From: Negaprion brevirostris
Lineage: Eukaryota
Assembly: GCA_030324005.1 (NCBI GenBank)
Contig: JARDVH010000110.1
Span: 31,195,081 to 31,259,080, forward strand
Direction: 5' to 3'
Length of the DNA: 64,000 nt
Position numbers and translations under genes: made by a program. The notes beneath the pieces are model-generated. The model saw only the letters and a list, made by a program, of their open reading frames with translations, had not been told where the DNA came from and ran no database searches. Shown piece after piece: positions 51,349 through 64,000 of the stretch (positions within the stretch are counted from its first letter, which is position 1; the number at the start of each line of letters is the position of its first letter).

Positions 51349-52696
51349 GGGAGGCCCGTTTTGCAAACTGATAGCTCTGAAAATAATTCAACCCAGCACT
51401 ACTGTTTCCAGAAGAGCAACTAAATCAGGCATATACACCCGTAAATTGGAAGCACCAGGAGAACCAAATTCAGCCTGAAGCCATCCAAACTACAGGTTGC
51501 ATATTTCTTCTACTTTTTAGGCTTTCTAATGTGGCCAATATAGCCCTCCTCACCCTGCAATCTATATTTGGGCGTCTATGAGCTATAAACTTTTTTTTCC
51601 GTAAAGTCAGAGTATATTTTTATTGCTTTCCTTAAATCAGCTTAAGTAAAATAATGCTGACCTCTTTCTTTGTTAAGCTCAAGAAAACCCATCTGATTGG
51701 TCATTTTTATGGTCACAGCACGTAAACAGTTAAACCTTCACTAATTTGGCAAGTGTACCCTATTCAAACAAAGGACCTGTTGCAGTCAAATGAGCAGAAG
51801 AAAAAAGGGGCAGTCATTTTACCTCTTCTCAGCTGATTATAATAGCAATGATTTTGTAATCTCACTGGAATTTAGCCGGTTGCCCCATTGTGTGTGAATT
51901 CCACCAATTCAGTGGAAACATCTGCCCTGCAGTAAGCTGTGCCATCAGAGCCAATGGCTCCATGCCACAAAGGACGGGTGCATGCATGAAAGGTTGAAAC
52001 CAAACTGTTGAATGGGATTCCCCTTGATCCATATGTACACACTGGCCTGCAGCCTTTTTACTTCCTCACTGCAATGCAAGCCAGATATGTCAGCTCCATG
52101 TTGATTGGGCCAACAGCATCAAGAGCCTGCCCGCCATTCCTGATTGACAAAAGGCATGGAGGCAGTCAATTAGGAGGTCACGTGCGGAGAGATTGCTCTG
52201 TTGTTCTTGCTCCTGACAAAAAGGGGTTCAGGACCCCCAGCAGTTTTGAATGGACCTACCTCGCGCACTAAGTTGGTCTTTCCCTACACATTAGCTATCA
52301 TTGCAACACTACTGTACCTCTCCTTTCCTTCTCTATGAACGGTATGCTTTGTCTGTATAGTGCATAACAAATAATAGTTTCAACTGTATACTAATACACG
52401 TGATCATAATAAATCAAATCAACTCAGTCCAGAAAAAGAAGTGAAGAAAGGTAAGTCATGATTTTTACCATAAACGAGTTAGAAACAGAATATACGTGGT
52501 CATGAAGAGAAGGTAAACAATGTTAATTGGGAAATATTAGATTGTATGAAAGTAAGATAGCAAATAAAAGTGGAAGGGTTGCACAACTTACATTTTGCAA
52601 ATCCTAATAATAATAGGAACAAAAAATTTCTATTGCTTCATTCCAATTGCTCTTATACTTAAACAGTGTGTTAGTCACTACTCTTGAAGAGGGATT

Positions 52697-53052
52697 ATTT
52701 TTTATTCATTCATGGGTCATGGGTGTCACTTGTTGGCCAGCACTTTTTGTCTATCCCTAGTGGCCCTCGGAAGGCAGTAGAGAATCAATCACACTGCTAT
52801 GGGTCTGGAGTCACATGTAAGCCAGACCAGTTAAGGACAGCGAGTTTCATTCATTAAAGGACATTAGTGAACCAGATGTGTTTTTCTGACAAGCAACAAT
52901 GGTTTCATGGCCATCAGTAGATTCTTAATTCCAGGTATTTTATGTTGAATACAAATTCCACTATCTGCCATGCAGGATTTGAACCCGGTCCCCTTAACAT
53001 TAGCTGAGTTTCTGGATTAATAGTCTAGCGATAATACCACTAGGCCATCCCT
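52697..53052 (-). mobile_element. SINE with L2-group LINE tail
   Basis: Minus-strand head gatggcctagtggtattatcgctagac...gggttcaaatcc. The tail cccatgaatgaataaaaa matches the 43680-43698 LINE end. Confidence 0.8.
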
Positions 53053-54432
53053 CCTCCTCCTGTGAATTATTGTTCATTTCTTATCTGCAGCAACATTCCA
53101 ATTGCTACCTGAAGGTCTTCTTTGTTGGAATTTCTAGACATTTGAGTACAATAGTTTAGATATAGAATACATTAAACAGGAGCTGGAAAAGGGTTGACTT
53201 AATCATAAGGAATTGATTTCATTGCCTACTTTAAATAAATTTTCTGTCCCACTATGGAAAGTGTGAATGTGACGTACAGTTTAGCCATTTGGCAGATACC
53301 ATTTTCTTGTTTCTAGAGTACAGGGAATAAGAATCTCCCAAATTTGACTAATTTGAATTATTAGGCAACTTTGATGATATTTTCACCTGGATAACAACGA
53401 ATTCTGTGTGCCTGAAAGATGATAACCAGTTGAGCAGTATGTTTCTTAGAAGTCTCACACGCTTCACCTGAGAATAATTCCTATTGCAGNNNNNNNNNNN
53501 NNNNNNNNNNNNNNNNNNNNNNNNNNNNNNNNNNNNNNNNNNNNNNNNNNNNNNNNNNNNNNNNNNNNNNNNNNNNNNNNNNNNNNNNNNNNNNNNNNNN
53601 NNNNNNNNNNNNNNNNNNNNNNNNNNNNNNNNNNNNNNNNNNNNNNNNNNNNNNNNNNNNNNNNNNNNNNNNNNNNNNNNNNNNNNNNNNNNNNNNNNNN
53701 NNNNNNNNNNNNNNNNNNNNNNNNNNNNNNNNNNNNNNNNNNNNNNNNNNNNNNNNNNNNNNNNNNNNNNNNNNNNNNNNNNNNNNNNNNNNNNNNNNNN
53801 NNNNNNNNNNNNNNNNNNNNNNNNNNNNNNNNNNNNNNNNNNNNNNNNNNNNNNNNNNNNNNNNNNNNNNNNNNNNNNNNNNNNNNNNNNNNNNNNNNNN
53901 NNNNNNNNNNNNNNNNNNNNNNNNNNNNNNNNNNNNNNNNNNNNNNNNNTGCAGAATGTTTTGTATGCAAGCAATAGCTGATTGCTCACCAGAAAACCAA
54001 CGTAAAAATGATATTCAGAAAGCCTTTGCTATTCTTAACCAGACATTTTCTCTTGTAATCGATGAATCAGACAATAATCTGTTGGAAAATATGAGTTAAA
54101 TCAAAGGTTACTTTTGTTAAGCTTTGTCAAAAACTAAAGCCATGAGGACTTTAGTCTGTTTTGGTAATTGAAGAAGTAAATACCTTATCCATGTGTACCC
54201 TGGAAAAGGATTTTCTGATTTGGATAGTTCTTAACTCTTAACAATATTTGTTCCACTGATGACTCCGTACAAAAATGATCCTGTCTTTTTCAATGTCTTC
54301 TTTGCTGTTAAATTACTAACTGCAGTTCTGGACAGAAAGAGCAATGATGCCCCCACATAGTTATCAGTGATCACTCTGGTTGCTATGTTGTATCGTAGGT
54401 GTCAACAATGCCCCTAATACACCAAGATAACC

Positions 54433-54500
54433 AATCAGGTAACTAATAAATCAGGTAACAAATCAGGTAATGCATCAATCAGGTAACAAATCTGGTAAGT
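54433..54500 (+). repeat. Short tandem motif aatc(a/t)ggtaa x5
   Basis: Read directly from the sequence; variable spacers. Confidence 0.85.
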
Positions 54501-55021
54501 GAAAGATGTAACATTTTACACAAAAGTATGAACTTTGACCAAAATGATCACACAAGTTCCAGCCAATAAAAAGGACTAATCTCACAGCAGCTTGGACATC
54601 AATAGAGGTGATAAGATGATACAAAGGATACCTTAAGATCAGGAAGTTTGCACATTAGAATAAATGGGCTTTGGGGTGCTAACATTAGGTTTTGGTAGTT
54701 ATTTCGCTAGAAATGGAAGATGCTATTCCACTATTTCAGTTAGGGCAGGGAGTTCTCTCAGTATTTCTTAACCATTGTCCCTCAACCAAAACAATCAAAA
54801 ACACATCAATTAATTATTCACCTTCACTGCTTTTTGAGGGATCATACTTTTGCATAATGGCTGCTGCAGTTGCCTAAACATTAAATATAAGATATTAATG
54901 AATGTTTAACCCTAACGACTACATAGGGAATATAATATTTGAATTCTATTGACTAATCCACTCTGGATGAAGAGTATTGGATTAACTTTGCCATATTAAT
55001 TTGGATACGTAGGTACAAAAT

Positions 55022-55470
55022 TCACAGAATCATAGATTGATTATAACACAGAAGGAGGTTATTTGGTTGATCATCTATATGCCAAGAGGAGTCCCTCAAA
55101 TTCCATTCCCCAAAGTCTTGCATTTTTTCCCACTTTGAGTTCTTAACAAATTTCTTTCTGAAAGCTGTGATTGAATCTGCATCCACTATACTTTCCCACA
55201 GTATATTCCTGATCCTAACTACTCATTGCGTAAAAAGTTTCCTCTCCTGTCACTGCTTTGCCAACCACCTTAATTCAGTATCCTCTAGTTCTTGACCCTT
55301 CTACCATTGGGAAGCTCACTCTATCTGCACTGTCTAGATCCACCATGATTTTGAGCACCTCTATGAAATCTCCTTCAACCTTCTTTAAAAAAACCAACCC
55401 CAGCTTTCCCAATCTATCCAGTCCTTCGTCCCTGAAACCATTCTTCTAAATCTTTTCTATACCCTCTCTG
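55022..55470 (-). mobile_element. CR1 LINE 3' fragment
   Basis: agaatcatagattgattataacacagaaggagg tail and downstream CR1-like sequence. Confidence 0.75.
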
Positions 55471-55570
55471 CATGGCCTATACACACGCACACACACAATT
55501 TACATCAGTTGCATTCATGTTGAACTTGTCTTTATTGGTGTCACTCTGGTGAATTCCTCATTCATGGGTG

Positions 55571-55879
55571 CATAGCATCTGAAAGTGCAGAAGTAGGCCA
55601 TTCGGCCCATCAAGTCTGCTCCAACCACAATCCCACCCAGGCCCTATCTCCATAAACCCATGCATTTACCCTAGTTAATCTCCCTCATACTAAGGGCAAT
55701 GTAACATGGCCAACCAACCTAACCCACACATCTTTGGTCTGTGGGAGGAAACCGGAGCATCTGGAGGAAACTCACTTAGACATGGGAAGAATGTGCAAAC
55801 TCCACACAGTGACCCAAGCCGGGAATCGAACCCGAGTCCCTGGCGCTGTGAGGCAGCAGCGCTAACCACTGTGCCACCC
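55571..55879 (-). mobile_element. tRNA-derived SINE with CR1-type tail (HE1-like)
   Basis: Head gggtggcacagtggttagcgctgctgcctcacagcgccagggactcgggttcgattccc. Confidence 0.92.
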
Positions 55880-56334
55880 AACTGCCATTATCACCGTTGC
55901 TCCACCGTTGCTGGGTCACAGACAGCACTGTGGGTGCACCATCACCACATGGACTGCAGTGGCTCAGGAAGGCGTGACTCACCATCCAGTGGAATTAGGA
56001 ATGGACCATAAATGCTGACCTCGCCAGAGACACCCACATCCCATCAATGACTAAAGCAACATCAGCCATCAGGCAGACAAAAAGGCAGCAAATAAAAAAT
56101 ACAAGCAAAGTGGCAGAATGTGTTTAAAACAAAAAGAAATTTGTACCTCCATGAAACTGCGAATTATGTACCAGTTCAGTGGCTGCTTGACATTTGCGCA
56201 GTAGCCTGCAGTCAAGGAATTAGTTAATCCATGGAGGCTTGTTTTTTAAATAATCAAGATGCCTGCATGTTAAATAGCAGCTCAAACTCATAAGGCCAAT
56301 ACTCTATATTGCTCTAGGAAATGTTTGCTGCTGA

Positions 56335-57083
56335 AAGGACATGGAGTCTTTGGAGAGAGTACAGAAAAGGTTTACCAGGTTGTTGCCTGGTATAGGGTGG
56401 CTCTGTGGCACAGTGGTTAGCACTGCTGCCTCACAGCACAAGGGATCTGGGTTTGATTCCTGGCTGGGGGTCACTGTCTGTGTGGAGTTTGCACGTTGTC
56501 TGTGTGGAGTTTCCTCCGGGTGCTCCAGTTTCCTCCCACAGTCTGAAAGACGTGTGGGTTAGGGTGCATTGACCCGAACAGGAGCTGGAGTGTGGCAACT
56601 ATCACAGTCACTTCATTGCAGTGTTAATGTAAGCCTTACATGTGGCTAATAAATAAATAAACTTTAAGGATATTAGCTATGAGGATCGAATAAACTGGGA
56701 TTGTTCTCCCCGGAAAAATGGTGGCTGAGGGGCGACTTGACAGAAATGTATTAAATTTTGAGGAGTATGGATAGGGTGAACAGCTGGAAGCTTTTTCCCA
56801 GGGCAGAAACGACAATTACAATGGGGGAACAAGTTCAAGGTAAAGGGGCAAAGATTCAGTGGAGATGTGTGGGGGAAATATTTTACAGAGGGTGGTGGGG
56901 GTCTGGAATGCATTGCCAAGTGAGGGTGGTTGAGGCAGATACGTTAGTGGATAGGCATATGAACAGACGGGAAATAGAGGGATGCAGGCGGTTGGTCTAG
57001 AGAGGACAATGTGATAGGGGCAGGTTTGGAGGGCCGAAGGGCCTGTCCCTGTGCTATACTGATCTTTGTTCTCTGTTCTTTGT
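56335..57083 (+). mobile_element. CR1 LINE 3' portion interrupted by a SINE
   Basis: MESLERVQKRFTRLLPG; MRSMDRVNSWKLFPRAE; tail gggccgaagggcctgtccctgtgctatactgatctttgttct. Confidence 0.88.
56393..56666 (+). mobile_element. tRNA-derived SINE with alternative (non-CR1) tail
   Basis: Same head as the HE1-like copies. Tail cttcattgcagtgttaatgtaagccttacatgtggctaataaataaataaacttta. Inserted into CR1. Confidence 0.88.
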
Positions 57084-57739
57084 NNNNNNNNNNNNNNNNN
57101 NNNNNNNNNNNNNNNNNNNNNNNNNNNNNNNNNNNNNNNNNNNNNNNNNNNNNNNNNNNNNNNNNNNNNNNNNNNNNNNNNNNNNNNNNNNNNNNNNNNN
57201 NNNNNNNNNNNNNNNNNNNNNNNNNNNNNNNNNNNNNNNNNNNNNNNNNNNNNNNNNNNNNNNNNNNNNNNNNNNNNNNNNNNNNNNNNNNNNNNNNNNN
57301 NNNNNNNNNNNNNNNNNNNNNNNNNNNNNNNNNNNNNNNNNNNNNNNNNNNNNNNNNNNNNNNNNNNNNNNNNNNNNNNNNNNNNNNNNNNNNNNNNNNN
57401 NNNNNNNNNNNNNNNNNNNNNNNNNNNNNNNNNNNNNNNNNNNNNNNNNNNNNNNNNNNNNNNNNNNNNNNNNNNNNNNNNNNNNNNNCAAATGCTTTCA
57501 TGAAATTCCTTAATAATGATTCTTGTTTGGGGGATATAGCTACAGGGTCACTTGTATCCAGGTGTATAAATGTATATCTTGCAGCTCTTCTTGCATGCTG
57601 GTTCCGAGTGAAGGAGAGAGAAAAAAAAGAGCGTTCTGCATGGACTGGAGACATTTTGTATTTATTTTTAGATTTAAAACAGACCACTGTTTCTAACTAA
57701 TAAATGAAATGGCAAACTTGGTTTTAGCTGAAAGGCATA

Positions 57740-59640
57740 GGGGTGACCTTGAGCCTACGCTTGCTGCCTGAGAGAATGCTGGGGGTGGGGCTCAAGATCC
57801 GGAAGCTGCAGGTCTCGTCACTGAGATCATAATCTTGGATCTTCCCCACCCCTCGCCAGCTACGTCTCCAGGTTCACACTGATAATGGATGGAAATCCAC
57901 TTTACATGAATTTGAATACATTTCAATGTCATTAACCCACACTCCCCACCATATATAGACACCGCGCAGACGTAACGTAGCTAGCACAGTTTACAACAGG
58001 ATAACCCAGACATGAACCTGTCCTGGAGTTCTCCCCAGGAGTGTAAAGGTGAATAAAGTACTCCAGGGAGAGGAATATGGCCAGCCAGTGGCCTAACAAT
58101 GTCCCCTGGCACTGCCCCTTGTCACAGGTTGGCATTGCCAGATTGGCATGAGCATGGTGCCAACCTGGCAGTGCCAATTTGTGCCAAGAGATGGGCTCCA
58201 ATGGGAGGCTCATGGGGAGGGGGAGGGTTCATTTAGATGTGGTGGTGGCCTGGAGCAGATGGAGGAGGAGGGGCTGTTGACGATGGCCATTTCTGTGGCG
58301 GTGGAAGGGGTCAATAATTGGGGGAGATGGGAAGGAAGAAGTTAATGATTGGAAGTGGGGGAAAGAAGGGACTGATTGTGGGTGAGGGGAGGATGGAGAA
58401 CAGTTGGGCTTTGGTGGCATATTGAGACCTGATCCCATTGCATGACATGTTTTTTAGGCAGAAATCTGTAAGGTCTGGACAGAAAACCAGCATGTTTCTC
58501 CCACCTCATTATAGAATGGGTGGAGGGGGAGTGTACAATTCTGGCCAAAATGATGGATGAAAAATAAATGCAGAACTGCACACACAGAAAGCAACATATT
58601 TTTCTTTCATGGCACACACAAAGGGGGCGATTTTATGGGCTTTTCACGCCTATTGATTGGCCTGGTGGGATGATAAGATCACAAGAGAGGCGAGAAATCG
58701 GGTTTGCACCTAGTTTCTCGTCTTTTACAATATTAAGGGCCCTGTTAAGCCTGCCTAATCAGCCTCACACCTAGGGAGGATGCCAGGCTGATTTAAATGT
58801 TTATGAGTTAATTTTAGTATTATTAGTGAGCCTGGGACACAGTCATCCAGGCTCACTTGCCTTAATAGCCTCACAGGCAGCTGTCCATACTGGCAAGGCT
58901 CCTGCATGGCCCCCAACAACAAGGACCTGATGTGATGGCCTCACCCATGGGACTGGAGGGCATTGAAGCCCCATGGGTGGTCAGGGCAGTAGTTGGCAGT
59001 GCCTATTGGGCAGTGCCACCCTGGTATACTGGCAGTGCTAGTCTGGCATTGTTCCTGACCAGTGGGCACCCTAGCACTGCCAGCCTGGCACCTTGGCAGT
59101 GCCAACCAGGCACCCTGGCACTGCCAAGTGGGCAATGCCAAGGGGCTGCACTGTCTGCATTAGAGATCACTGGGACAGCAATCAACCAGAGGATGAACAG
59201 GAATGGCAATCAACCAAGTGGATGGTGAATGGGGCCATGATTGACCAATGAGAAATTTTGAACAGGGGTAGTGATTAACCAGGGTGTTTCACAATTGAGT
59301 TGGCAATCAGGGGGATGTGATCAGGGGCAGTGATTGTGGCAGGGGACCGCATTCTGGGGGTGATTGGGGCAGCCACAATTGGGGGGAGATCAGTGGGGCC
59401 ATGATTGGGGGGTAATGGGGTGGGAGGTGTGATCGGGGAGGTGGAGGTGCACTGTCAAGGGGGAGTGGGGAGTGGCAATCTCTTAAAGCACTATGTACTC
59501 TTTACAGTGCATGAGGAGATCGGGGTGCATGAGCTATAGCACCGGCTAGCAATGAGCGTATGGCTTCCTGGCATGAATACCCTCTGTCCACTTTGCTGCC
59601 TACTGGCAAGAATCACACTTTGTCTCTCTTTTTCTAAGTG
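57740..59640. mobile_element. Two GC-rich non-autonomous Harbinger-like derivatives (~57740-58546, ~58623-59640)
   Basis: Termini resemble the MITE family (aattctggcc, ggggcgatttt). Repeated ctggcactgcc/ggcagtgcca motifs. Boundaries approximate. Confidence 0.45.
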
Positions 59641-60241
59641 TCAGAAGATTTACTTTTCTTCTCTCTGAAAAATAGGTCTGAAACTATCTCATTTTCACTC
59701 GTTTGGCACTTAGAATTTTTTGTTAGGTTTGCCCCCAAAGAATCCACTCAGGCAAAGTTAATTTTTTCCCCCTATTCTTCCATGAAGGAATTTTTACAGG
59801 AAGTGCACAATGAGTGCAGTCATTGGGTGAGCTGATGAGAAAGTCATTGATGTCTGGGTGAGGAGATGAGAAATCCTTGAACTCTGTTTTGGCCCCATTT
59901 GTCATTTATTATGCAGTGTGGTATGTTTGACCACAGTTTGTTTGTTAATTTATGTGTACCTTTGCTAACTTATAAGATAGATATTGTAAGTTATTTTATC
60001 TTTCTGACCCTGTATAATAGACTTTATTTTTCTTTTGTCAAGACTTGTAACTTTATTCTCTGAGCGAGTACCTTGAATTACAAACTTACAACACTTTTAA
60101 CAAAACCTGATTGATCCCTAATCAGTTAGTATCAAACATTTGGAGGTCTGGCCTAGGATTGTAACATAGTATGCCAAAAAATTGTGGAAGAAAGCTTATT
60201 TGGGCCCTTTCCACCACACATCTAAAATTTCCTATATAACA

Positions 60242-60546
60242 GGTGCCATGGTGGCATAATGGTTCGCACTGCTGCCTCACAGCACCAGGAACCAAGGTTC
60301 AATTCCCAGCTTGGGTCACTGTCTATAAGGCGTGTGCACATTCTCCTTACGTCTGCATAGGTTTCCTCCAGATGCTCCGATTTACCCCGCAGTCTGAAAA
60401 ACATGAAGGTTAGGTGCATTGGCTATGCTAAATTCTCCCTCAGTGTACCCAAACAGGGGCCAGAGTGCAGTGGCTAAGGGATTTTCACAGTAACTTAATT
60501 ACAGTGTTAATATAAGCCTACTTGTGACACTGATAAATAAACTTTA
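60242..60546 (+). mobile_element. tRNA-derived SINE with alternative (non-CR1) tail
   Basis: Head ggtggcataatggttcgcactgctgcctcacag; tail cagtgttaatataagcctacttgtgacactgataaataaacttta. Confidence 0.88.
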
Positions 60547-61511
60547 TTGGGCTCTGCCAAACTCAACGTAGAATGAATATAACCAATGACCNNNNNNNNN
60601 NNNNNNNNNNNNNNNNNNNNNNNNNNNNNNNNNNNNNNNNNNNNNNNNNNNNNNNNNNNNNNNNNNNNNNNNNNNNNNNNNNNNNNNNNNNATATAACCA
60701 ATGACCAGTGAAACTGTGAAGATAAAAAGCCTCTAACATTCTTGCATTGTACCTAAATATAATTTGTAAAACTACATGATCCTATTTCAAGAGTCCAATA
60801 TAGGCTCTTCAACTTTGAACAGATCCTTTGCACAAAATTACCATTTTTTTACCACACAACTCAGTCTGTGTACAAGAAAATCCTTTGGCAATGCTCCCCC
60901 TCTGCCAATGTTACTTATTTGGAAGTTTCAGCAGAAACCCCATTCAAACGCATTAACAGGGTGGTAAAACAATATCAATACAGTGGGAGCTCCTCCGAGA
61001 ATGTCCCGTACGTGGAATTTCAGAAAGAATTTTATCCTGCGTATCTTTAATCTTTAATTTCATTTTTAAGTATTTAACTATCTCCTTTTAACCAAATGAA
61101 TCAACATTGTATTAATTGGTTTTACTGGAAGTCTATTTCACATAGTGACTTGTGTTTGGAGATAAAATTCTTCTGAACATGTCTGCTATGCTCCAACACC
61201 CACCCATTATTTGATTTTAAAATTCCAATAAGCAGACTGCATCGTTTACACACAGACCTGTGATTTTTACTCTTTCCAATCTTATTAATCCCAGTCATGA
61301 TGAATATCTTACTGGAGAAAGCACCAGAAGCCAAGTACAGCTTCTATCAATTTACAAAGCACAGTATATTTAAACAACCAAACCATTTTGTACAGGCTAA
61401 ACTGCTACATCATATCCTCAGGTCAAATCACCAGCAGTTAGCTCTCACCCTCAAAGGTGGGAGCAGCCTATGGTCATCAGGGACTATGGCAACTTTACTT
61501 ACGATCATAAT

Positions 61512-61638
61512 GGCCAGAATTATACGGCCCCACCCACAGGGGGAATCTGAGCAGGCGAGGGGCTGTCCAGGGAAAAATCTGTTGACCTTCGATAGGATTT
61601 TATGGATTCAGGAAGAATGAGGTTGTAAAATCCCACCC
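61512..61638. mobile_element. ~127 bp Harbinger-type MITE
   Basis: TIRs ggccagaattatac / gtaaaatcccaccc, TSD aat/aat. Confidence 0.78.
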
Positions 61639-62291
61639 AATATATACAAATGAACTGACTCAGCAGAAATATGGACCAAAATCCTATTTAGTACATCACA
61701 CCAGATGTTGCTATTATGTTCGTATAAAAGAATTCATTGGCTCGTAGGAAAATCTTGTTAACATACAACTTTACAGGCATTGTTTACAGAATGCTGTAAG
61801 TCATTGCCAGTGCATGTAATGATATAATGGCCACAGATACCGAGCTTCAAAAAGGTCAATCAATTTACTTCAAGATGATGTGATCCAATTATGATTATAT
61901 TGATCATAATGATGCAAGTAATAGTGATGTTTTGCTCCACTTTGTAACACCAGATCTAAACTGCAAATTACAATGGATTTTTGTTTCATCAGCTAGTTTG
62001 AGAACAAATGGCCAAATAATTGCAGTACTTAACTACTGATTAGCAATCTAAAAACATACATATTGATGTAGATTTAAATAATTAGGTTGGAATCCAATTA
62101 ACTTAATTGATGAAAACTATGGATTATTTTCCACGTTGGTCTAAAGTAGCAAAGGCATGCATTCCACACTGGCTTGTTGATCGTATCCCAAAGAAACCTT
62201 ACAGTATTAACAGGTAGAATTCCTTAAAGATATCCTAAATCAAGACATTTTCTCCTTAGTTACTCAGGCTTGTTAAAACTGTATAAACCCC

Positions 62292-62421
62292 GGGTGGAAT
62301 CCTCTGGCTGCGCTGGTCTAAAAGCTGAAAATTCCTGCCCCACCGTCAATGGCATTTCACATTCTCCACAACCTGCCCGCTAAAATTTCAGTGGCGGGCA
62401 GGATGGGAGAATTCCGGCCCC
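62292..62421. mobile_element. Short Harbinger-type MITE
   Basis: gggtggaatcctc...gaattccggccc termini. Confidence 0.6.
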
Positions 62422-62680
62422 CGAATCAAAAATATTTTACCCTGAATTTCCTGGATATCAAAGGTTTTATGCCAGTTTCACACAAGAAAACTTATCCTTA
62501 ATTGATTTCACACAGTTTTACACTGAAACATCTCTAAACTCAAATTTCTTGGAACACTTTAGTTTCTAAAATATGTTTACTAAAATCTGCTGCGATTCAT
62601 TTCCATTGCGTTGCCTAGACAAAAAATGTTCCTGGAATTACACAAGTAATACACTTAGTGTAGGTTCTGATATTATAAAA

Positions 62681-62975
62681 TCATAGAATCATAGAATCCC
62701 TACAGTGCAGAAGGAGGCCATTCGACCCATCAAACCTGTGCCAACAATAATTCCACACAGATCCTATCCTGCCTCATCCCATGCATTTGCCCTGCTAATC
62801 CTCCTGACATTAAGGGGCAATTTAGCATGGCCAATCCATCTAACCTGTACATCTTTAGAATGTAGGAGAAACCAAGCAACTAGAGGAAACCCACACAGAC
62901 AGAGGGAGAACATGAAAACTTCAACTGAATTGAACTGAGACACTGGCACCTTGAGGCAGCAGTGCTAACCACATA
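62681..62975 (-). mobile_element. tRNA-derived SINE with CR1-type tail (HE1-like)
   Basis: catagaatcatagaatccctacagtgcag tail repeat; degraded head. Confidence 0.85.
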
Positions 62976-64000
62976 GCAATGCAAATAAATTTTTCAAGTT
63001 TGATAGCAATTTTCTTGCAATTTTTTAAAAAGATTTTCGACTGTGATCTGCAATTTTTCATCACTTTGAAAATCTATATTAGGTCTATTCATAAGTCTTT
63101 ATTTTAGCAGGTTCAATTTTCTTAGTCTCTCTTCACAGTTTTCGGTGACTAAAACCTCCAGTCTTTGTTCATCCCTTTCTCTGAACTTTCTACAACGTGT
63201 CAATATACTTTGAAATGTTGAGGACAAAGATTTGCAAACAATGCCCTAAATATGATTTCACTGATGTCTTATCTCAGATTAATCCGTGTGAAATGATTAT
63301 CAGATTTTCTGAGCTGATGCTCTTGCTAGCAATTTCAATAAATGCACCCAAATATTTCTTTGCTACTTTTGTTAAACATCAAGTCTCTTTTTTTCAACAG
63401 GTATTACTTTGTATTTCACAACACTAATAAACATCAACCGTCTCTTTTCCTGCCTACTTAATTTATATTGATTTCTTTGAATGTTATCAATCTCTACAAT
63501 GGTATTGGCTTGTACATACTGTCGTTAGTATGTTTTATTGCATTACTGGAAGGCATTTCCTTCATAATACTTAAAAAGAAAGACTTGCGTTTATATAGCA
63601 CCTTTCACATCCTCAAAATGTCCCAGGATATTTTACAGCCAATTAAGTACTTTGACATTTAATCATTGCTGTGATGTAAGAAATGCAGCAATTAAATTGC
63701 ACAGCCAGATCCCATAACAACAATGGAATAAATAATCTGATAAGTTTTTGGTCATTAGGGACATCAACAGATGTTAATATTCTCATCGAAAAGCAGACTA
63801 ATAACCACCTTGAGGTCAAACACAATTCACACATTGCTTTTTGTATAACAATCAAAAGTAAAAGCAGATATGGTAGCACAGTGATTACTTTACTGGACTA
63901 GTCCTCCAGAACCCTGGACTAACAAACTGGTAAGATGAATTCAAATTAAACCATGTTGATGGGGGAAGTTAAATTCAGATTACTAAATAAATTTGAAATA

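Noticed and set aside
53348-53989. Long ORFs in the track (also 56944-57700, 48090-48482)
   Set aside because: Their length is almost entirely N-derived X residues.

Overview
This is 64 kb of AT-rich vertebrate genomic DNA, not prokaryotic, with many N gaps. The repeat content (HE1-like tRNA SINEs with CR1-type tails, abundant CR1 LINEs, Harbinger MITEs, Penelope-like tails) points to a shark or other cartilaginous fish. One clear host gene lies on the minus strand: a TRIM25/finTRIM-like RING-Bbox1-Bbox2-coiled-coil E3 ligase. I traced seven phase-consistent coding exons by hand (46989-47567, 46772-46867, 44893-45126, 41129-41151, 39352-39488, 27195-27273, 25573-25631). I see no PRY/SPRY (B30.2) exon in the remaining 25 kb. 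Instead there is an intact, phase-compatible ~1 kb exon-like ORF (8805-9812, minus) whose heptad region aligns by eye with the C-terminus of a PIF/Harbinger Myb/SANT protein. A decayed Harbinger element at ~35.5-39 kb gives an internal comparison. The best candidate for novelty is therefore a TRIM-transposon fusion or a domesticated Harbinger-derived exon. Second is a U2 snRNA-headed repeat element just upstream of the first coding exon. The rest is mostly decayed TEs (Gypsy provirus with two LTRs, CR1 with nested insertions, L2-like LINE, SINEs, MITEs) plus several long hairpins. All family assignments come from motif recognition, not database searches.
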